In this document: positions 36,501 through 49,320 of the stretch, in pieces
Numbering within the stretch: position 1 is the stretch's first letter
Layout of the letters: every line of letters begins with the position of its first letter
Origin: Raillietiella orientalis
Taxonomy: Eukaryota
Assembly: GCA_036172245.1 (NCBI GenBank)
Contig: JAYWIR010000010.1
Location: forward strand, 4,464,001-4,528,000
Length of the DNA: 64,000 nucleotides
Reading direction: 5' to 3'
Made by a program: the position numbers and the translations under genes
Notes under the pieces: generated by a model
What the model saw: the letters and a program-made list of their open reading frames with translations, nothing else
The model's database searches: none
Told to the model about the DNA's origin: nothing

Positions 36501-37239
36501 CGCTCGACCGAGCTCGAGCGAACGGTGTCGATGAAGCAACCGAGCCTTCCAATGAATGGGTCATCATCATCGTCATCGAAGTTTTCCCGTGATCTCCCAG
36601 TAAGATGCCGGGCGTTCAGGTGATGCGAAGGAAGGATTCTTTTCTGTGTCTCAGGCAGCTCCTTGATGTTGACCAAGTTGGGATAGAACTTGGCCAGTCA
36701 GCAGCACAGCATATACTTGAAAGCGAAGTGAGTGCTCTTCTTTTCCAGCAGGATCAGATGCGAATAGTAAGTTTGCCCTGCAGGCCAGTGATGGCGTCTC
36801 AGGCACCAGTGCTCCCACTCAGAAGTTTTCCTGCAGATGTTCATATCCCACTAAGAATGAAATGTAGAGAGAGCCAATTTCAAGGAAAACTGTAACCAGA
36901 CTTTCAGAATCAGCTTCGGGCCAGTACTTCTTGATCTCTGGAGATGTTTTCCACATGGAGATCGGTAAGCCAAAAAGACTCTTTGGTTGAAATTATCAAA
37001 TGCTCAGCTTTCTTGCGCATCTCTTCATTCAGTATGCCTTCGGCTTCCTTCCTGGCTTAATCTGATAGTAACTGTGCTTCCTCTACATATGTCCAGTCTC
37101 TCCATCCGGTATTTTAATATCCCCTAACTTCTTGGCTCTCTTGGAACCCATACGATGCTATCACTGGAATCCCATTGATGAATACATCCCGAAAGACATC
37201 CGTGTGTTTTCTTCCGGACCACGCCCATAAGGACGCGCT

Positions 37240-38310
37240 TGTGCACACTTCCTGAGTGTGTTGCATTTTCTTGCTTCAGTATGGGTAGTTTATCGTCTTC
37301 AGAGAGCCTAGAGGCTGTCCATACTGGAATGCTATCATCATTCAAAAGACTCATGTCAAGATTAAGGGAGGCGAATTATTTGCCTGCAAACTTGCGGTTT
37401 GCATCGCAGAGCGCTTTCAAACTGAATTCAGAAGCAGCAGCTATTCGAGACGTGTGCACGGATGATATTCAGTGGGACGCATTTCTGATCTTGGACCAGA
37501 TGATGGAAGCCCAGGCATGCACCAACTTGGAATTGACAGATAACATAAGGTCAACCACAGGCATCTGAGTCAAACTTTGGTTTCTTTGGCTTCTGACTTT
37601 ACAACAGCTGAATTTAAAAAGCAACGACGGCACATGGAGAGGTGTCCTTCCTGGCACCTCTCCATGTACCGATCTAGAATTGTCTTTGCTTGACTCCTGT
37701 CAAGAAGCAACGAAGACAACTACTTCAAGACGAATTCTGGTCAACTCTCACACCTGGATTGCTCGAGTCTTTGATCAAAGAAGTACATTCCTTCACAGGA
37801 ACGGAATGCTTCGGTTATAATCAGAATGATTCCTGAATAAGCGACACGCTATGCACCTCGAGTCAACAGAATTTGCCACGCTTGTTCAACTGCTCCTCAA
37901 ACAGAGCCGTTGGAAACTGTGATTGGCAAATGATTGGCGTGTCAGCCTTCAAGCTTTCTGATGGTCGCATTGGCACAGTCTTTCGTAAGGCATTCGTGAG
38001 AGGATAACTGAGATTAAAGAAGCGGAAACGCGAAACGATGCAGAGCTCAAAAGCGTGGCTGCAAAAGAGACTGGGAAGACAACATCGAGTGAGTTGGTTA
38101 CGGCCACGGCATCAACTCATCAAGGATTGCTGAAGACCTGTAAGGAATTTCAGTCCTGCGACCGCGCGAGAACACGAGGGAATGGCAAATCGGGATGGTC
38201 TGAAGGTATGGCGCAATCGTTCCATCACAGTTTCCAGTAAGTTGCGATTTTTGGAAATATATTCTTGGGTTTCAGATACTCCGTGTTCTATGTGTTCAAG
38301 CCTAAAGAGT
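37240..38310 (+). pseudogene. Possible hAT-family transposase relic (C-terminal half)
   Basis: With frameshifts: LEAVHT-WNA...FKRL (cf. DVxTRWNS...RL), DDIQWDAFLILDQMMEAQACTNLEL (cf. ExW..L..L.PF..AT..LS), DGLKVWRNRS-QFPV...KYILG (cf. hATC DPLxWW...FPxL...KYL). Confidence 0.45.
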
Positions 38311-38479
38311 TAATTCGGAGGAAAGCAGAAATCCAAGGCTTGTGTGGAAGGTCTCAATGAGAGAAGAAATGCTCAGAAGAGTTAGCAGGAGCCTCCAACA
38401 GAGAAAACATCAAGCACTTCCGCTTCTATTTCGGAACAGGATGGGCTTCATGGCATCATGAAGCATCATCATCACATTT

Positions 38480-39490
38480 CGGTCTGTCCTTTTGGGAGGG
38501 GACGGAGTGGAGGGTAGTTCCGTCCTCTCTGCAGTCCCGTGCATTCAATCAACAAAGGCGGAAGAGTTTCTTTTCCGCAGTGGCCCGCACAAAGAGAACG
38601 CCATTCCCATCGCAGTATGACATCTTCTAGCGTTGCTGTGGAGTCCAAGCTGTGTTCTGGAGGAGTCGTGTCTTGCTGAAGTCTGAGGGGAAGCGTGGAG
38701 CCAAGGCATGGGGAAGGGCCCGCAGGCGCACGAGAGCTCATGAGCCACTACCACGAAGCCGGCCGGGCTGCCCATCCCCTTGACCAGGTGTCTGGGCGTT
38801 GAAAAGATCACCAGGTGGCTAGCCTCCGCCAAATCTGGTGTGCCTGAGTTCTCATCCATTCCGTAGCGCACTTCTGCGCTGTCCTTTCGGCGGCAGAGAT
38901 GCTCCAGAGAGCTGCCAACGAGGGTGCTGTGAGGTGATTCTATGCTCGATCCTTCACCTGGAAGGACGGTTCCTTCCTGTTCTCACCATAGGTGGGATGT
39001 CGGGACCCCAGGTGCACACCTCCGAGGCGCGTGACTACAGGTTCAACACGTCACGCTCGTAAGTTCTCAAGGCTAGCAAGAGATCCAAGCACTCTTTTGC
39101 AGTAGAGACGAGACATGCGCCGATGGAAAGACCGTGCCCTCGGTTGTGAGTGCACAACCAGAGCGATCAAGGACTAGTTATTTAATCAGAGACTGGATAA
39201 TTCCTAGTTCTCTGAGTACTGAAGACCTTCGCCTCCTTAGAGGAGGGGGGACGAAGATCTTCAACGCTGTCCATCCCGCCCGAGGGTGCGAGGTAACCTG
39301 CAGGGATCACCCTATGAATACAGGAAGGCTCCGGAGGAAGGAGTCCTTTCCTCTTACTCTTGAAGGGGAACCCCGAACACCCTGCTTGTGTCCAAAGTCC
39401 ATGTGCCATGTGTCTCTGGGGAAAATAGACCTCCCTTGCAAAAGGTGCGGAGAAAGAGAAACGCCCCCGCACCTTCTCATGGAGAAGGGT
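38480..39490. mobile_element. Mixed non-LTR relics (minus-strand RT/finger piece; plus-strand ORF1 and finger pieces)
   Basis: Minus strand CAGHCGKETLPPLLIEC; plus strand CEVTCRD and CKRCGERETPPHLLME. Confidence 0.6.
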
Positions 39491-39499
39491 GGATGAGGA

Positions 39500-41700
39500 G
39501 ATTGTGCCTGAGGACGGTTCAGTGTACTGTCAAGTACAAAAGATGCTGAACCTTCTTGAGTACGTTCGGGGGTTCCCGAAAAATGTTGAGTGGGACTTCC
39601 AGACTTCCACGGAGCTTTCGGGAAGGTCCAGTTGGAGCGCCCATAGTCCCAATCTTTTGACTCTGGACACTTTCCGCAGTGAAGTAGCCACCCAGCTGGG
39701 TTTGCAGATCTCCAGAGGAATCTTCCCGGCCGTGCATCACATTATTTTCCATCATGAAGACTGTTCTGAGTCAAGACTGTTGCCAAGGCAATGTGACATC
39801 TTAGAAAGGTGCGTCTCTGACATTTTGACTCCTGTTTTCGCAGATTTCCTCCCTAGAAGACTGAGAGTTCTTGGTTTTCCGAAGAAGTCGTTGATGCTTC
39901 GTTTCTTTTTCGGCTGTTTGCACCCTAAAAGTTCACTGATGGCATCTTCCAGGCGCGATAATTAGCCGAGTGGCAGCTCTTCTGCTCCTGATCTTTGGTC
40001 AGTGCATCAGTCATCTCTCTGAGAGGGGACAGTCAGCTCCCCTCTGGCACAACAGGAAGCAGCTGAGAGGGCAGCTAAATTTGGCGTGCAGCAGACCTGC
40101 TGGAACATTGGGTGTGTACGGAATGTCACCGGCGTTCCGAACACCCATCGGACGCCATTTTTATTTCACGAGGAACTTGGAGCGGCAACGAGACCGACTG
40201 GAGTTTGCGCTCACGAAGCCTGTCGGCGCTTGAACCCGGCGGGTGCCGCAGCCCGAAAGCAGAGAACGCAGACTTGCGTGCCTGCTCTCAGAGCCGCTCG
40301 TGGCTACACGCAGAGGAAGAGAGAGAATTGGAGGCCGCGACCTGCATCGTCCGCAAGATTAGATCTCTGGTCCGAGTCGAGGATCCCAGTCTCGGATAAC
40401 TGCTCTTTTGCGCTTCACATCCGAGAGGAGGCCGAATTCTTACACGCTCAAGACTCGCTGCAGTTGAGAGATGGCGGGAAGCGCTGCTCAAGTGGAGGCC
40501 AAAATCTCTAGTTGCATCCAGGAAGCTTCTAGTCCCTCGAGATCCACCCCCGATACGTTCTTTTGCAATCTAAGTTTGGAGTCGGTTCCTTGGAGGATTG
40601 CTGAGATTTTTGCGCCCTCTGGTGAGAGGAAAAGCCATTCTTTTTTATTTTCTCATTTTCCTTTTTTGGCTTGCAGTCACATTGAAATAGGGACAGATGC
40701 AGGTATCAGCAGAGGAGGAGGGGTCGATTTACGCCATCTTTGTGGCCTGACTTTTGTCACCACCTCGTCCTCGTGATGGCGCTCTGATGCTTGCAGACGC
40801 TTTCGTTGCAATCTGATACTTCAGATCACATCTCGGAGACATTTGAGATACATAAATGCATCACCTGCTTCTCTGGTCTTAGCTTTTTTCTTGGTTTCGT
40901 GTCCCAAGATCGCGAGGAACCTGCAGAGAGCGTTCTTACGGTCATGAGTGCTCCTAAAGAGCGGAGAGCCAACCTTCACGCTTTGTCCTTCTTTTCTCTT
41001 CTGGAGCTGTTGTGGCGTCTAGCATGACTCCTCCCTTCCAGAGTCCAAGAGCCCGAGGTCCTCTTGGGACTTGGATCTCATCGCCACAGCACATTGGTCG
41101 AAGGCCAGCACTGCTCAGGATGCGACCTAGAGATGTCTTCCACCTCTATCATCTCCTGCACCAGCGACCGGAGCCATTCCTGTTCAGCTGCGCCTTAGGA
41201 AACCTGGTAGGAACCTGAATGGCATTGATGAAGAAATCGATAACCCGCCAATCGGTGCGAATTCTCTATCAAACGGGAATTGTTATAACGATGACCTTTT
41301 CCTGCTCTTCCCCTGATCCGACCGTCTCGCGAAAAGAGATACCCACTGCTGCCCTCGGTCTGGAGATAATCTTGTTCTTTGCGCGTACAGAGAGGAGAAT
41401 ACCTTCAAACGAGGACAGAGAAGGGGACAAGGGATCTTATCCCCCTCCCTCACTGAAACCTGTGTGACCTGCTAAGCCTTAAAAACTTACCTATCTTGGA
41501 AATGTGTCTTCCACTGTTGAAGCTGGCCGTCCATCTGCGCTTATTCTTCTCAGCTCCTTGAGTTTTTTCGAGTCTCTGAAGGGGGCACTTCGTGACAGCG
41601 CTCACTTCCGGGATTACTCTACAGATTGGAACGAAATCGTTGCTTCTTTCTTTTATTTCCATGTCAGCAGTCACAGTTTGCATCAGTACCTTTCCGATTG
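39500..41700 (-). pseudogene. Probable near-complete hAT-family transposase relic
   Basis: Degenerate motifs in hAT order on the minus strand: CKL*...SNL (BED-like, 41671-41682), RLIENSH...QVPTR, VLAFDQ, LALRSL-STHDRKNALCRFLAIL, VSDCNESV, LRLQKNVS-W, DWD...LILRTMQVAASNSLS, AGLLHAKF, LQTQLGGYF, VEVWKSHSTFF. Many stops and frameshifts. Confidence 0.55.
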
Positions 41701-42208
41701 GCTGCAGAGCATCCGTCTTCGCTCTCTTCTGCTGTTGAGGAAGGGACAGAGAAAAAGCACAGTGCAGGTTCTTATGCATGCCAGAAGTGGCTTCCGAAGG
41801 GATTCCTTCGGCAAAAGAATAAGGCAGATTCAAGCCTCTGAGACGAAACGACCCAAACACGACTTCCCCCGAGTTGAGCGCCCGCTCGCGGCACCGAATG
41901 CTGAGGGTTTCCAGCGGTCCCGAGAGATGGCGCGGAAAGACGATCTCGGACTTCGGGTGGGCATTGGCAGAGCGCGCTCACTTCGGGTGCTCAGTTGCAC
42001 TGTACGGGGCACTGTATGAGCAGCTCCGATGTCCCCATAAAGTAAAACAACGGGTTTTTAGCACTTAGGGAGCCACAAAGAGGAAAAAAGGGAAAAAAAG
42101 AATCCGCAAGGATGTGGAAGGCCAAAAAAAATAAAAATAAAGCCAGATTCAATCTCCCTTAAGCCAGTAGCAGCGATCTCCTCGTAAGGTCGCTCCTGGC
42201 TTAAAAGC

Positions 42209-42211
<3 letters not shown>

Positions 42212-42258
<47 letters not shown>
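42212..42258. repeat. (AC)n microsatellite, about 23 units
   Basis: Directly visible. Confidence 0.99.
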
Positions 42259-42260
<2 letters not shown>

Positions 42261-43086
42261 GGACGTGTTTGGGAACATCCTCCAGCTCCCCTCATATTAC
42301 TCGAGAGATGTCGTCAAACATCCCATCAGCATCAGAAGTAGAACCTCGCCTGTCGTGGAGACTGTGACGTTCTGCTGCTTCCGCGGAAGGGTGGCAGCCG
42401 AAACGAGGGGTATCGTTGTGCCCTCCCCAAGAATCATGACGTGATGGCCGCATTCGATGACACCTAAGGAGGAAATTAAAGATGCAGAGGATACCAGAGA
42501 ACAGCCTGTGATCTTTCCCCTCGCAAATTTCTACTTCATCGTTCATGAGTGTTCGTTACCAACGCCACGGAAAGAAGGGAACTCGAGAAATGGCCCCCGT
42601 GTTAAGAGTGCCGCCGTATTAGAAGTTCTTATCCCAAGTTGCTGCACACTCGAGTCTCTTGGACTTTGTTTTTGGACTTCCACCGGTACGCAGGGACTAG
42701 GACCCACGGAGATTTCGCATGATCCAGAAGGGTGAAGAAGGGTAGAGTCGCCGCACTACAGAAAACTACAAGAGCACGTTGACGAGGGAGCGGTAGGCGA
42801 TGGGAGCAGGCAGGAGACAGTGGAAAAGAGGGAACCAATCACAAGCGGAGATAAACAGCTTGACGAAACCAAGAATGAGAACCTCCGCGAGTTCCGCGTG
42901 AGTGAGCAAAATTTGAACGTGCAAGCCGAAGCCGAGTCGCGCTACTCAGCGTCTCCCTACCCTTGTATGAAATGCAGACAGCGGAGCCGCAGCAGGCAGT
43001 GAAGCGATGGCGCCGGCGACCACGAGGGCGGCAGAGTAGACGGCGACGTAAACGACGAAAACGGCATAGAGAGCAACTACCAAGCG

Positions 43087-43167
43087 GCGACCATGAGAGC
43101 GATGATCTGGACAGCGACCACGAGAGCGATGACCTGGACGGCGACCACGAGAGCGGACACGTGGACG
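43087..43167 (+). repeat. 27-bp tandem repeat x3 encoding acidic (G/S)DHESDDLD units
   Basis: GCGACCATGAGAGCGATGATCTGGACA / GCGACCACGAGAGCGATGACCTGGACG / GCGACCACGAGAGCGGACACGTGGACG. Confidence 0.95.
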
Positions 43168-43310
43168 AGGCGTGCATAGACTGCAGCTGAAAGTCCGTCT
43201 CTCTTTAGGGTGTTCCCCACAAGCGCCCTCAGTCTGCAATAAGCGGAAGCGCGCGACGAAGCGAACTGCCGGCAGAGCGAAGAGCGGCTCTCGCGACGTG
43301 CGAAAGTTGG

Positions 43311-43975
43311 TTTAACACATGATAACGCAGGGGAGTTTATTATAAAAAATAATAAACATACAAGTGAGGGCCATCGGCCCTACATCGTCCGAAAATGTTT
43401 GGAACCTGCCGAGTAACCGGCGCCCAGATCGGCGGGGTTCGTCTCGTCAGCCAAGGGGGAGGGGATAAACAAAAATAAAAACAAAATAGAAATCAATAAT
43501 AAAAAAAAAAAACTCGAGGTGGACACGGGAAGCGATCATTGTCTCTGCATCCTTTCCAGGATGCCGGCAAGTTCCATCCAAGTAGACGGCAGCTAGATGA
43601 CCCCACCTAGTGCCCTAGGTGGGGTCATCTAGCTGCCGTCTGCAGGAAGTGCAGTGTGAAGCAGAAGGCGTCCCTATAGCGGTGTTCTCCTTTCGCGTAG
43701 CTCCAGGCTGCCACAATCCCGAGTCGGCAGCAGCGAAGAGCTGCTGGGGATGCGACAGGCGCAAGGGCATCGCGCACGAAGATACGCTTTATCACGTCCC
43801 TGGATTGTCCGTCGGTGCACCAAAGGCCGTTGCGTAACGCAAGCACAGGGTTGGAGGGCAGCACAGTATACAAGCAGGTGCGATGGGGGGGATTCTCGTT
43901 CCCACACCGGCTACAATTAGGGTCCACAATCCCCCGGGTCCGTTGGCAATGTCTAATTCGAGGATTATATCGGGG
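43311..43975 (-). mobile_element. Tx1-like 3' fragment with 3' UTR, closely related to 20440-21050
   Basis: IVDPNCSRCG; UTR GACGAACCCCGCCG...CGGCAGGTTCCAAACATTTTCGGACGATGTAGGGCCGATGGCCC; end AATAAACTCCCCTGCGTTATCATGTGTTAAA. Confidence 0.92.
43584..43641. repeat. Perfect inverted repeat, 27-bp arms, 4-nt loop
   Basis: AGACGGCAGCTAGATGACCCCACCTAG-TGCC-CTAGGTGGGGTCATCTAGCTGCCGTCT. Confidence 0.98.
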
Positions 43976-44899
43976 AGGAGGCCTGCGTGGACGCCGAAAG
44001 GAGCTCTCCAAAGGGGAGAGTGAACCAGCGTGTCTTGCACCGGAGGAGTGCGAACGTTGCTGGTGGGTCTCCGGGGCCATGGGAACCTGTGGCTGGAAGA
44101 GCAGAAGAACGACGAGGTGCTCTGCATCGCTCACACGCAGGCGGAGACTCTGAAGTCGTGGGCGGCGTGAGTCGACACAAAGCAAGGTCGGGGCTCACAT
44201 TGCGGATCACCGGACAGGATGGACCACTGCCGGCGGTCCTCGGATACCGTCCATATCTTCGATTGCCTTTTCTCCGTGTCGAAAATCGTCCAATTCATTG
44301 AGACGGCTGCACCTGCATTGATCTGGGCATGTTGGTTGTCTTCCTCCAAGGATGGTGCGCTGCGACCGACTTTGATCACTGCGACGACTTTGAGGCTGCC
44401 CGAGCGGCAGTGTCGAAGCAGCGCAGGCGGATGGGGGACGTCAGATCTTCCCGGAGCTGCTTGCACTCCCGCTGGCATTCTTCCCACTGCTGCCACCGCC
44501 TACAGTGCCACGCGCTCTGGCGCGATATGCCCGGGAGCGACGACTCCTTCCCGCAAGCGGCGCAGCTCACAACTGCGCCGCCGGTATCCTCTCAAATCTC
44601 AGAAGGACCAGCAATCGTGGCAGGATCGGCATCTTCAGCAGCTGCACGAGTGCCGGCCGGAACAGGGTCAGCGACTTGATGAGAATCGGGGCTCCTGGAG
44701 ACAGGAAGAGCAGCATCTCTCGGACCAACGATGGAAACCTCACAGGCTGCCTCACCACCAGCAGGAGCACTAGAGGCGGAAGCATCACCACTGGATAAAG
44801 AAGCAGCAGAGGTGGAAGTGTCAGCAGGGTCAGCAGGAGTAGGGGCATAGACCCTCCCGCGCCGCGGACTCATCCTGTCGGTCTTCACTCCAAGAGTCC

Positions 44900-45400
44900 C
44901 CGAATTCCCTTTTGCCTCCATCACCTCCTCCAGGAACGTCTTTCTCAACTTCTTACAACTTTGTGAGGGGCAGAGGTGGCAGCCGGAAAGCTAGGGTTAC
45001 CTGCGAGGGCACAAGGGCGGTGAGCAATCGACCCCGGAAACGGGGACACCAATGACCAAATCTTTGATCAGCGCCTCGGAAAGTCCGACCCATTCCTCGA
45101 GGCGAGGGTCACGAGTGTGCAGGGAGCACTCGGGTCGTTGGAGTTTCCTAGTAGAGCCTACCAATGGAACGTAAGTTGCTTGTGGCTCCAGTTAGCACGT
45201 AGACTGGAATGAGGCATGACCTGGGTTCTGGAGGGGCTGTCCGAGGCGCCTGTCTTTAGAGTGAATGATAATAGGATCGTGTTGTGGGGATCGATTGGAC
45301 CGCGCTCCTTGTGGACGGGATTCCCGTGAAGGCGGATGGCATGCGGATGAGGCGAGCTGTTGCGGGAGAAGGCGAATCGGGATTGCCAGGTTTGCCGGGA
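44900..45400 (+). mobile_element. Degraded ORF1 relic
   Basis: RVTCEG, VTSVQGALG (cf. ITGVQEELS), LLVDGIPV...WHADEASCCG (cf. LDVDNETVDFWYVGKPKYCG). Confidence 0.45.
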
Positions 45401-47519
45401 TTCTGGTGGGTTTCCGGTCTGATGGCAGTCTTGTGGTTTTTGAAACTCGTATAGGATTTTCTCTTCGGTGGCGGCGGAAGGACAAAGGGAGTGGGGAGGT
45501 GGGGAAAAGAATTTCGCAGCCTTTCGACCTTGTCTTGGTCTGCTTCCGGCCTGGTCTCCGGAGCTGCTCATTCTTCGACTGCTATGCCGGATTCTCGGGA
45601 CTGGTTCCCTGCATCCGCTTTACCGGAAGAAACCGCGAAGAGCGGATGCATCATCTGGAGCGGCCTCAGGCTTCTCCGCGAGTCGATGACGGGGTTGTCG
45701 CGAGCAATCGATGGCGGAAGGTAAGGTCCGTCATGAGGACCCCCACAGCTGCTAGCAGGCCATAACAAAACTCCGCACCAGCGGCAGGAGCGGCAACAGG
45801 CCTGCACGGGAACCCTCTGTCAAAGAAAGTGGGCTCGAAATCACTCTTCTTCCTTCCTCCTTCGTTTCCGTTTTCTTTTTTTTTAAATTCCGTTCCAGAA
45901 ATTTGGGGAGAGTTTTCCGAGTGCCTAGTGTGTTGAATAAGGAGCAACGGCATTCCGCTGTAGGCCTTTCTTCCAGTCGAAGAGTCAAGCTGTTTGGGAA
46001 GTGTGGGTGGCCCTGGGGCTGCGTTCGGACTACAGCTTTGATGCTGAGCCATCCACGCGCGTGGGCCACTTCGACTCCTGAGGCTCGTCAAAATCATACT
46101 TCATCAGGATCTTTGATAGAGTGTGATTATCACGAAACTCGAGGGCGAAAGCGATGCCGGGGACTCGGGACTGGAGGAATCAACAAAGACAGCAGCAGTA
46201 CCAACAGCAACGGGTTGGCGATTAGGTGAGCGGGCTAGCTGGCGGCACGGGCCCGGAAAAGCACACGAGGAGGCTTCTGAAAGCTCTTCGGGGAAGTGGC
46301 AGGCGAGGGGCTGAGGCGAATTCTCGCGGAACGGCATTTGCGGTCCGGCAGTGCTCTCCCAGGCCTCGACGAGCGAGGCAACGATGGACGAGTTCGCACG
46401 TTTCCGCGTGCCCGTCTTGGATGATGGATGGCTCGGACGCCGGAGATTGTGTGGGTGGAAGATCAAAGAAGCTGCCTCGTGCATTCTCCCCCCCCCCTCC
46501 TCCCCTTCTCTTCCTTCTTGCCATTTTTTTTTCGAGGAACCGCACGAAAACACATCCGAACGCAGCAGTTGGACGCGTGGACGCTCCCTTAGAGTCTTCG
46601 ATCCCAAAAGCAGCGAACCAGTCGCGTCGTCGTCCTCGCTTGGCCTCCGCGCCGTGACGGGTCGGGAGGAAGGCGGAAGCTCTGCTCGCTGCTTCCCCAG
46701 GACTATAGGGTCCTTCTCTTCAGGGATCGCATCCCGAGTCCCTCGCCAGAGAGAAGAGGGGAGAGAGGGAGGAGAGACAGGCCGCGCCTAGCCCTGGCGG
46801 CGGCGGAAGGACGCCAGAACTTCCGCGCAGCGACCATCCGCTGCCAGTTCAGCCCGCCGTCGCCGCCGCTCGCACTGCCCTCTGGAGGAGGGATCGAACC
46901 CGTCGGAAGCCTGAGCACCTCCTCGAGTCCCCGCCGGGAGGAGCCCCCGGCCTCCGAGAAACAGCACCGCGGAGGCATCCGAAGGCATTTCGCCGCCGTG
47001 TGGCACCGGGAGGCCCCGTGACAGTGCCGTCAGGCGGCATTTGTCATCCAGGCAAGTCGCGGGAGCGAAGAAAAATGGCTGCCTTCACGGTCCCTACCGG
47101 AAAAAAATAAGACGGCGTTCTCGTGACATCCGGACAGATTGCACCGATGCCTCTTCCTCCACGCTGCGCGTTCTTCCGGGATGAAACTTTGTATGCTGGT
47201 TTGGCAGGATCTGGCGGAGGGAGGCAGGCAGGCAGAAGGAGACAGGAAGGCGTCTCTCCACAGGGGAAGTCACCGACGCTGAGCTCTTCGGCAGGAAGAG
47301 ATTTCTGCTTCTTCCGCCAAGGTCGCGCGAACCCAGAAAAGAAGGAGAACTGATGTCAAGATCCGGGGGCCCCCTTCGCTCCTTCCACTTTTCTCTCCCG
47401 CTGAGAGGAGGACACTCCGCAGCGGCGGTTGGTGGTGACGGCTCGGCGGCTGCAGAGGCTATGCGGGATCCTCCCGGTGCACCTCGGGGTCCCGTAGCAT
47501 CGGACGCATGATGTTACAG

Positions 47520-49320
47520 CTGTGTTTCTAAACGTAGCTGTCCCATCTCTTCGTGACCCCTCCTCGCACTGCTCGGAAGCATCCAGGGCACAAAAAAAGC
47601 ATGATGAGGTCCCTGAGCGCGGTGTGCGGACACGTGACAGCCTCCGGAATGGATGTTTCCTTGAGCAGGTGGCCAAGCCAAGTGGAAGGAAATTCAAGGC
47701 TTTTCAGGAGTCTTAGCAGCAGCACTTGCTGGACGCCGGTGGAGACTCTCCCGAAGTCTACCGCAATCTCCATGGCTACCTGATAGTTCATCGCTTCCGA
47801 TGCAGACAAAGCCGATCTTTTGCTGCAGATGAAACCAGGACTGTGAGAAGAGGAGGTTGGGTCTCTGTGCTTCCCCTTGGAGACGGTTCACGCCTGCTGC
47901 GGGCTGATTGAAGAGTCAGGAACCGGTCTCAGCCGCGCGGTCCAAAGCTTCGAGAATAAATCAACGCCCGCATCCAACGAGGTGATTGGACGCCAGTCAA
48001 TTCGGGCCGCGTTTGTCTCCTCCTTCAGGGAGGAGACGTGCTCTTGCTGAGCGAGTCGCCGATCTCTTTCATCAGCGTGGCCACGAGTGACACCGGGGGA
48101 GGAGGGGGATCAGTTCTTCTGCGAAGCATCTGAAAAACGCAGAGTGGACACCATTCTCCCCTGAAACTTTTAGCTCATCGAGTCAAGAAGAACCGCCTAC
48201 CAACGTTACCACCAGACGACAGAGATGGACTCTCCCGTGGAGAAATACTTCTAGAGGAGGGCACGGCCTTGCTCCCCTATTTCTGGATCACCCTCTGGCA
48301 GCAGCAGCTGCGAGGCTACACTGTCGGAGAATGCCTCTCCGACAGGTGAGCGACTTCACCCCCTCTCTGCCTACAGATAGAGGGAGAAGTCGCTTGCCCG
48401 CTGACGGCGAACCCTCGTAGAATCGGAGCACTCCTTGCCATGCGCATCCAGGCGGCACGCCAGCCTGGGTTGCCAGGCTCGGCGCTCGGCTCGTGCGTTG
48501 TACCCCGTCAGCTCCCTTGGGTCACGGTTGTGGCTGGTTTGGTGCGCTAAAGATACGCTAAGTCCCAACACCCCTTCGAAATCCTAAGACAGCATGATGC
48601 GGGAGAAACCGGAGTACAACTCAAGGAAGGGAAGCCTTGAACAGGTCCCACTCCTGGAGTTCTTGGCTAGAGGTCCCGCGGATCAGGTAGCTTAAGAGTT
48701 CCCTTGTCCCCGCATCCTAGAGTTTCTCAGCCAATCCATCTGCATCCTCCACATGCTAAAAGAAAAATCCTTGGACCTGGAAAAAAGGTCAAACCCGAGA
48801 CGGAAATCGTTCGAAACATACCCTGCTCTTTCTGCCCACCTGTAAGTGCAGGTGATCGATCACACTCTCCATCTCCGGGTCTCCAGACAGCAGATTGGAC
48901 AGCTGCGTCTTAGAGAACACCTCGAGGACCTTCCAGCGTAGTCCTTCCCAGTGCACATCCAGCGGTGTAAGGGAACATCCCCTGCCACTAGACGAGCTGC
49001 TCTGAATTGTGGAGCATCCGGCCACGGCTTATCCCGAAAAAAGAGAACTCGTCTTCCCACGAGATGGCTGCTGCTGGTGGCCGAGCAGGCGTTAGTCACG
49101 ACGAGATCGACGGACTGACGGTAGCCGCATATAAGCCGCTCTGCTGACCCGTCAAACCTCACACCGTCCTCCAAATTCATAAGGAACGGAAGGAGGAGCG
49201 CTCGACCTCGCTTCACACTGACCGATCAGCATCTCCCATATGGATTTCTATATCTGCCTGCCTCCTGGAAAACCTCTCAGACTTCCTGGAGGGAAACCAA
49301 AGATGGAGGGTGATCTTGAT
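47520..49320 (-). mobile_element. Degenerate Tx1-like ORF2 5' half (APE endonuclease, linker, RT N-terminal part)
   Basis: In order: LVSLQEV, SVDLVVTNACSAT, LVAGDV, YNARAERRAWQ...LDAHGKECS (cf. YKARAECQVWQ...LDDAGQECS), KVSGENGVHSAFFRCFAEELIPL, WRPIT...LFSKLWTARL, IAVDFGRV...LLLRLLKSLEFP. Confidence 0.88.

Larger units (their letters stand above)
42930..44160 (+). repeat. Dispersed repeat family B copy 3, interrupted by the retroelement fragment at 43311-43975
   Basis: KRKRATKRTAGRAKSG vs KRKHTRKRTDGRARSG before the break; WLEEQKNDEVLCIAHTQAETLK vs WLEEQKNDEVLCVSQTQAGTLK after it. Confidence 0.88.
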
